A DNA stretch of 18,765 bases from Fidelibacterota bacterium (GTDB lineage: Bacteria; Fidelibacterota; Fidelibacteria; Fidelibacterales; Fidelibacteraceae). The notes beneath the pieces are model-generated. The model ran no database searches and was not told where the DNA came from. It was given only the letters and a program-made list of their open reading frames with translations. Positions 17,602-18,765 of the stretch are shown one piece after another. The stretch covers positions 1-18,765 of the forward strand of contig JAYEOX010000038.1 of NCBI GenBank assembly GCA_034723415.1, in the 5' to 3' direction. Numbering within the stretch: position 1 is the stretch's first letter; the number at the start of each line of letters is the position of its first letter. The position numbers and the translations under genes were made by a program.

Positions 17602-18568
17602 GAGTAATCAATTAATAGAATTCGACAAGAATAAATCAAAAAACATAGACTATCTCGCCGGAATAGATGAAGCTGGAAGAGGACCGTTAGCCGGACCTGT
17701 TACAGCTGCTGCTGTAATAATTGAGAAAGAAAATGATCTGATAAATGATTCCAAAAAACTCTCAGAAAAGAAGCGAGAAAAAGCTTATAAATGGATAACA
17801 GAAAATGCTGTGAGTTGGGCTGTAGCATCGGTAGGAATTAAAAAGATTGATGAGATAAATATTCTAAATGCGAGTTTGTTGGCAATGGAAAAGGCAGTTA
17901 GTAAACTAAAAGTTACTCCACAAAAATGTTTGATCGACGGCAACAGAATTCCTAAAAATATGAACAACGCAGAAGCTGTGATAAAGGGAGATAAAATATC
18001 ATATTGCATTGCAGCAGCTTCAATAATTGCAAAAGTTACGCGTGATAATATTATGAAAAAGTGGCACAAAGTTTACAAAGAATATCATTTTGATAAACAT
18101 AAAGGATACGGTACGAAGTTACATTTAAAAGCAATTGAAGAATATTTTCCAACACCGCTTCATCGCTTGAGCTTTGCACCCGTAAGTGCCTTTAAATTCC
18201 CGCCTTATCCTAATAGAATTAAACTTGGTAAATGGGGCGAAAATTGGGCGATCTATTATTTGATTCATAAAGGATATAAATTCGTTCAACGAAATTATTT
18301 TGCCGGTAAGTTTGGAGAGATCGACATTATTATGAAGAAAAACGAAAGATACATTTTCGTTGAAGTGAAGACAAGAGGTCCAAAAGATCATTATGATGTT
18401 GTAGAATCGATAACAAGAGCAAAAGTCAGCAAGATGTTAAAGTGTTCAGACCATTATTTTTATAATAGAAAGATAGATGAATTTGAAGTTGGATTTGATG
18501 CCATAATTGTAAATGCAAAGAATTGGCAAAAACCGGAAATAGAACATTTTGAGGATATTAATTATTAG
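17600..18568 (+). CDS. rnhB: Ribonuclease HII fused to a C-terminal YraN (UPF0102) PD-(D/E)xK nuclease-like domain
   Basis: AGIDEAGRGPLAGPV, DSKKL, IDGN, IAAASIIAKVTRD, HKGYGT, HRLSF, then GKWGENWA..YL..KGY....RNY...GEIDII...IFVEVKTR. Confidence 0.93.
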   Translation: MSNQLIEFDKNKSKNIDYLAGIDEAGRGPLAGPVTAAAVIIEKENDLINDSKKLSEKKREKAYKWITENAVSWAVASVGIKKIDEINILNASLLAMEKAVSKLKVTPQKCLIDGNRIPKNMNNAEAVIKGDKISYCIAAASIIAKVTRDNIMKKWHKVYKEYHFDKHKGYGTKLHLKAIEEYFPTPLHRLSFAPVSAFKFPPYPNRIKLGKWGENWAIYYLIHKGYKFVQRNYFAGKFGEIDIIMKKNERYIFVEVKTRGPKDHYDVVESITRAKVSKMLKCSDHYFYNRKIDEFEVGFDAIIVNAKNWQKPEIEHFEDINY

Positions 18569-18624
18569 AATGCTTTGTATAACTAAACCAAATAATAAGA
18601 ATCAAAATAAAATAATAAAAATGT

Positions 18625-18654
18625 TTAGAAGGTTAGAAGGTTAGAAGGTTAGAA
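18625..18654 (+). repeat. 8-bp tandem repeat (TTAGAAGG) x3.75
   Basis: TTAGAAGG TTAGAAGG TTAGAAGG TTAGAA read directly. Confidence 0.95.
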
Positions 18655-18711
18655 ACGATATCAAAATCCTAAAATAAAAATTTCAGAAATGATAAAATAG
18701 AGTTTAGATAG

Positions 18712-18763
18712 AACGCGGATGACACGGAGAAAGAAAATTAAAGAAAGCCACTAATTCACGAAT
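18712..18763 (+). repeat. Short degenerate CACGGAT/CACGAAT-type repeat units
   Basis: AACGCGGATGACACGGAG (18712-18729) and GCCACTAATTCACGAAT (18747-18763), GC-richer than the surrounding spacer. Confidence 0.55.
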
Positions 18764-18765
18764 AA

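Noticed and set aside
2339..18391. Short antisense ORFs in the track (2339, 3586, 5500, 7181, 8148, 9456, 10971, 11246, 12105, 12953, 13740, 16082, 17785, 18125)
   Set aside because: All lie opposite well-supported genes and show no recognisable motifs, so they are treated as shadow ORFs.

Overview
A very AT-rich bacterial chromosomal segment (about 27% GC by eye). The left half is a leftward run of mostly housekeeping genes: lipA, rpe, an amidohydrolase, a QW-repeat protein, lon, an MsbA-like ABC exporter, a DUF3108-like protein and an arylamine N-acetyltransferase-like gene that runs off the window. The right half is rightward: a DUF262/GmrSD-like gene, a Bro-N gene, nadE, comEC, an antitoxin plus RelE/ParE toxin pair, and an rnhB-yraN fusion. 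Four structures stand out beyond the gene list. (1) Two accessory cargos, the Bro-N gene and the toxin-antitoxin pair, each sit between long direct repeats of host sequence (52 bp and about 85 bp), with no transposase or integrase in the window, and both are preceded by a related quasi-palindromic promoter-like motif. (2) The intact GmrSD-like gene lies between decayed remnants of type I hsdS and probably hsdR. (3) CCGG is strongly over-represented across the window. (4) Catalytic residues are lost in the NadE glutaminase domain (Cys to Ser) and in the ComEC metallo-beta-lactamase domain. All family calls come from motif recognition, not database searches.
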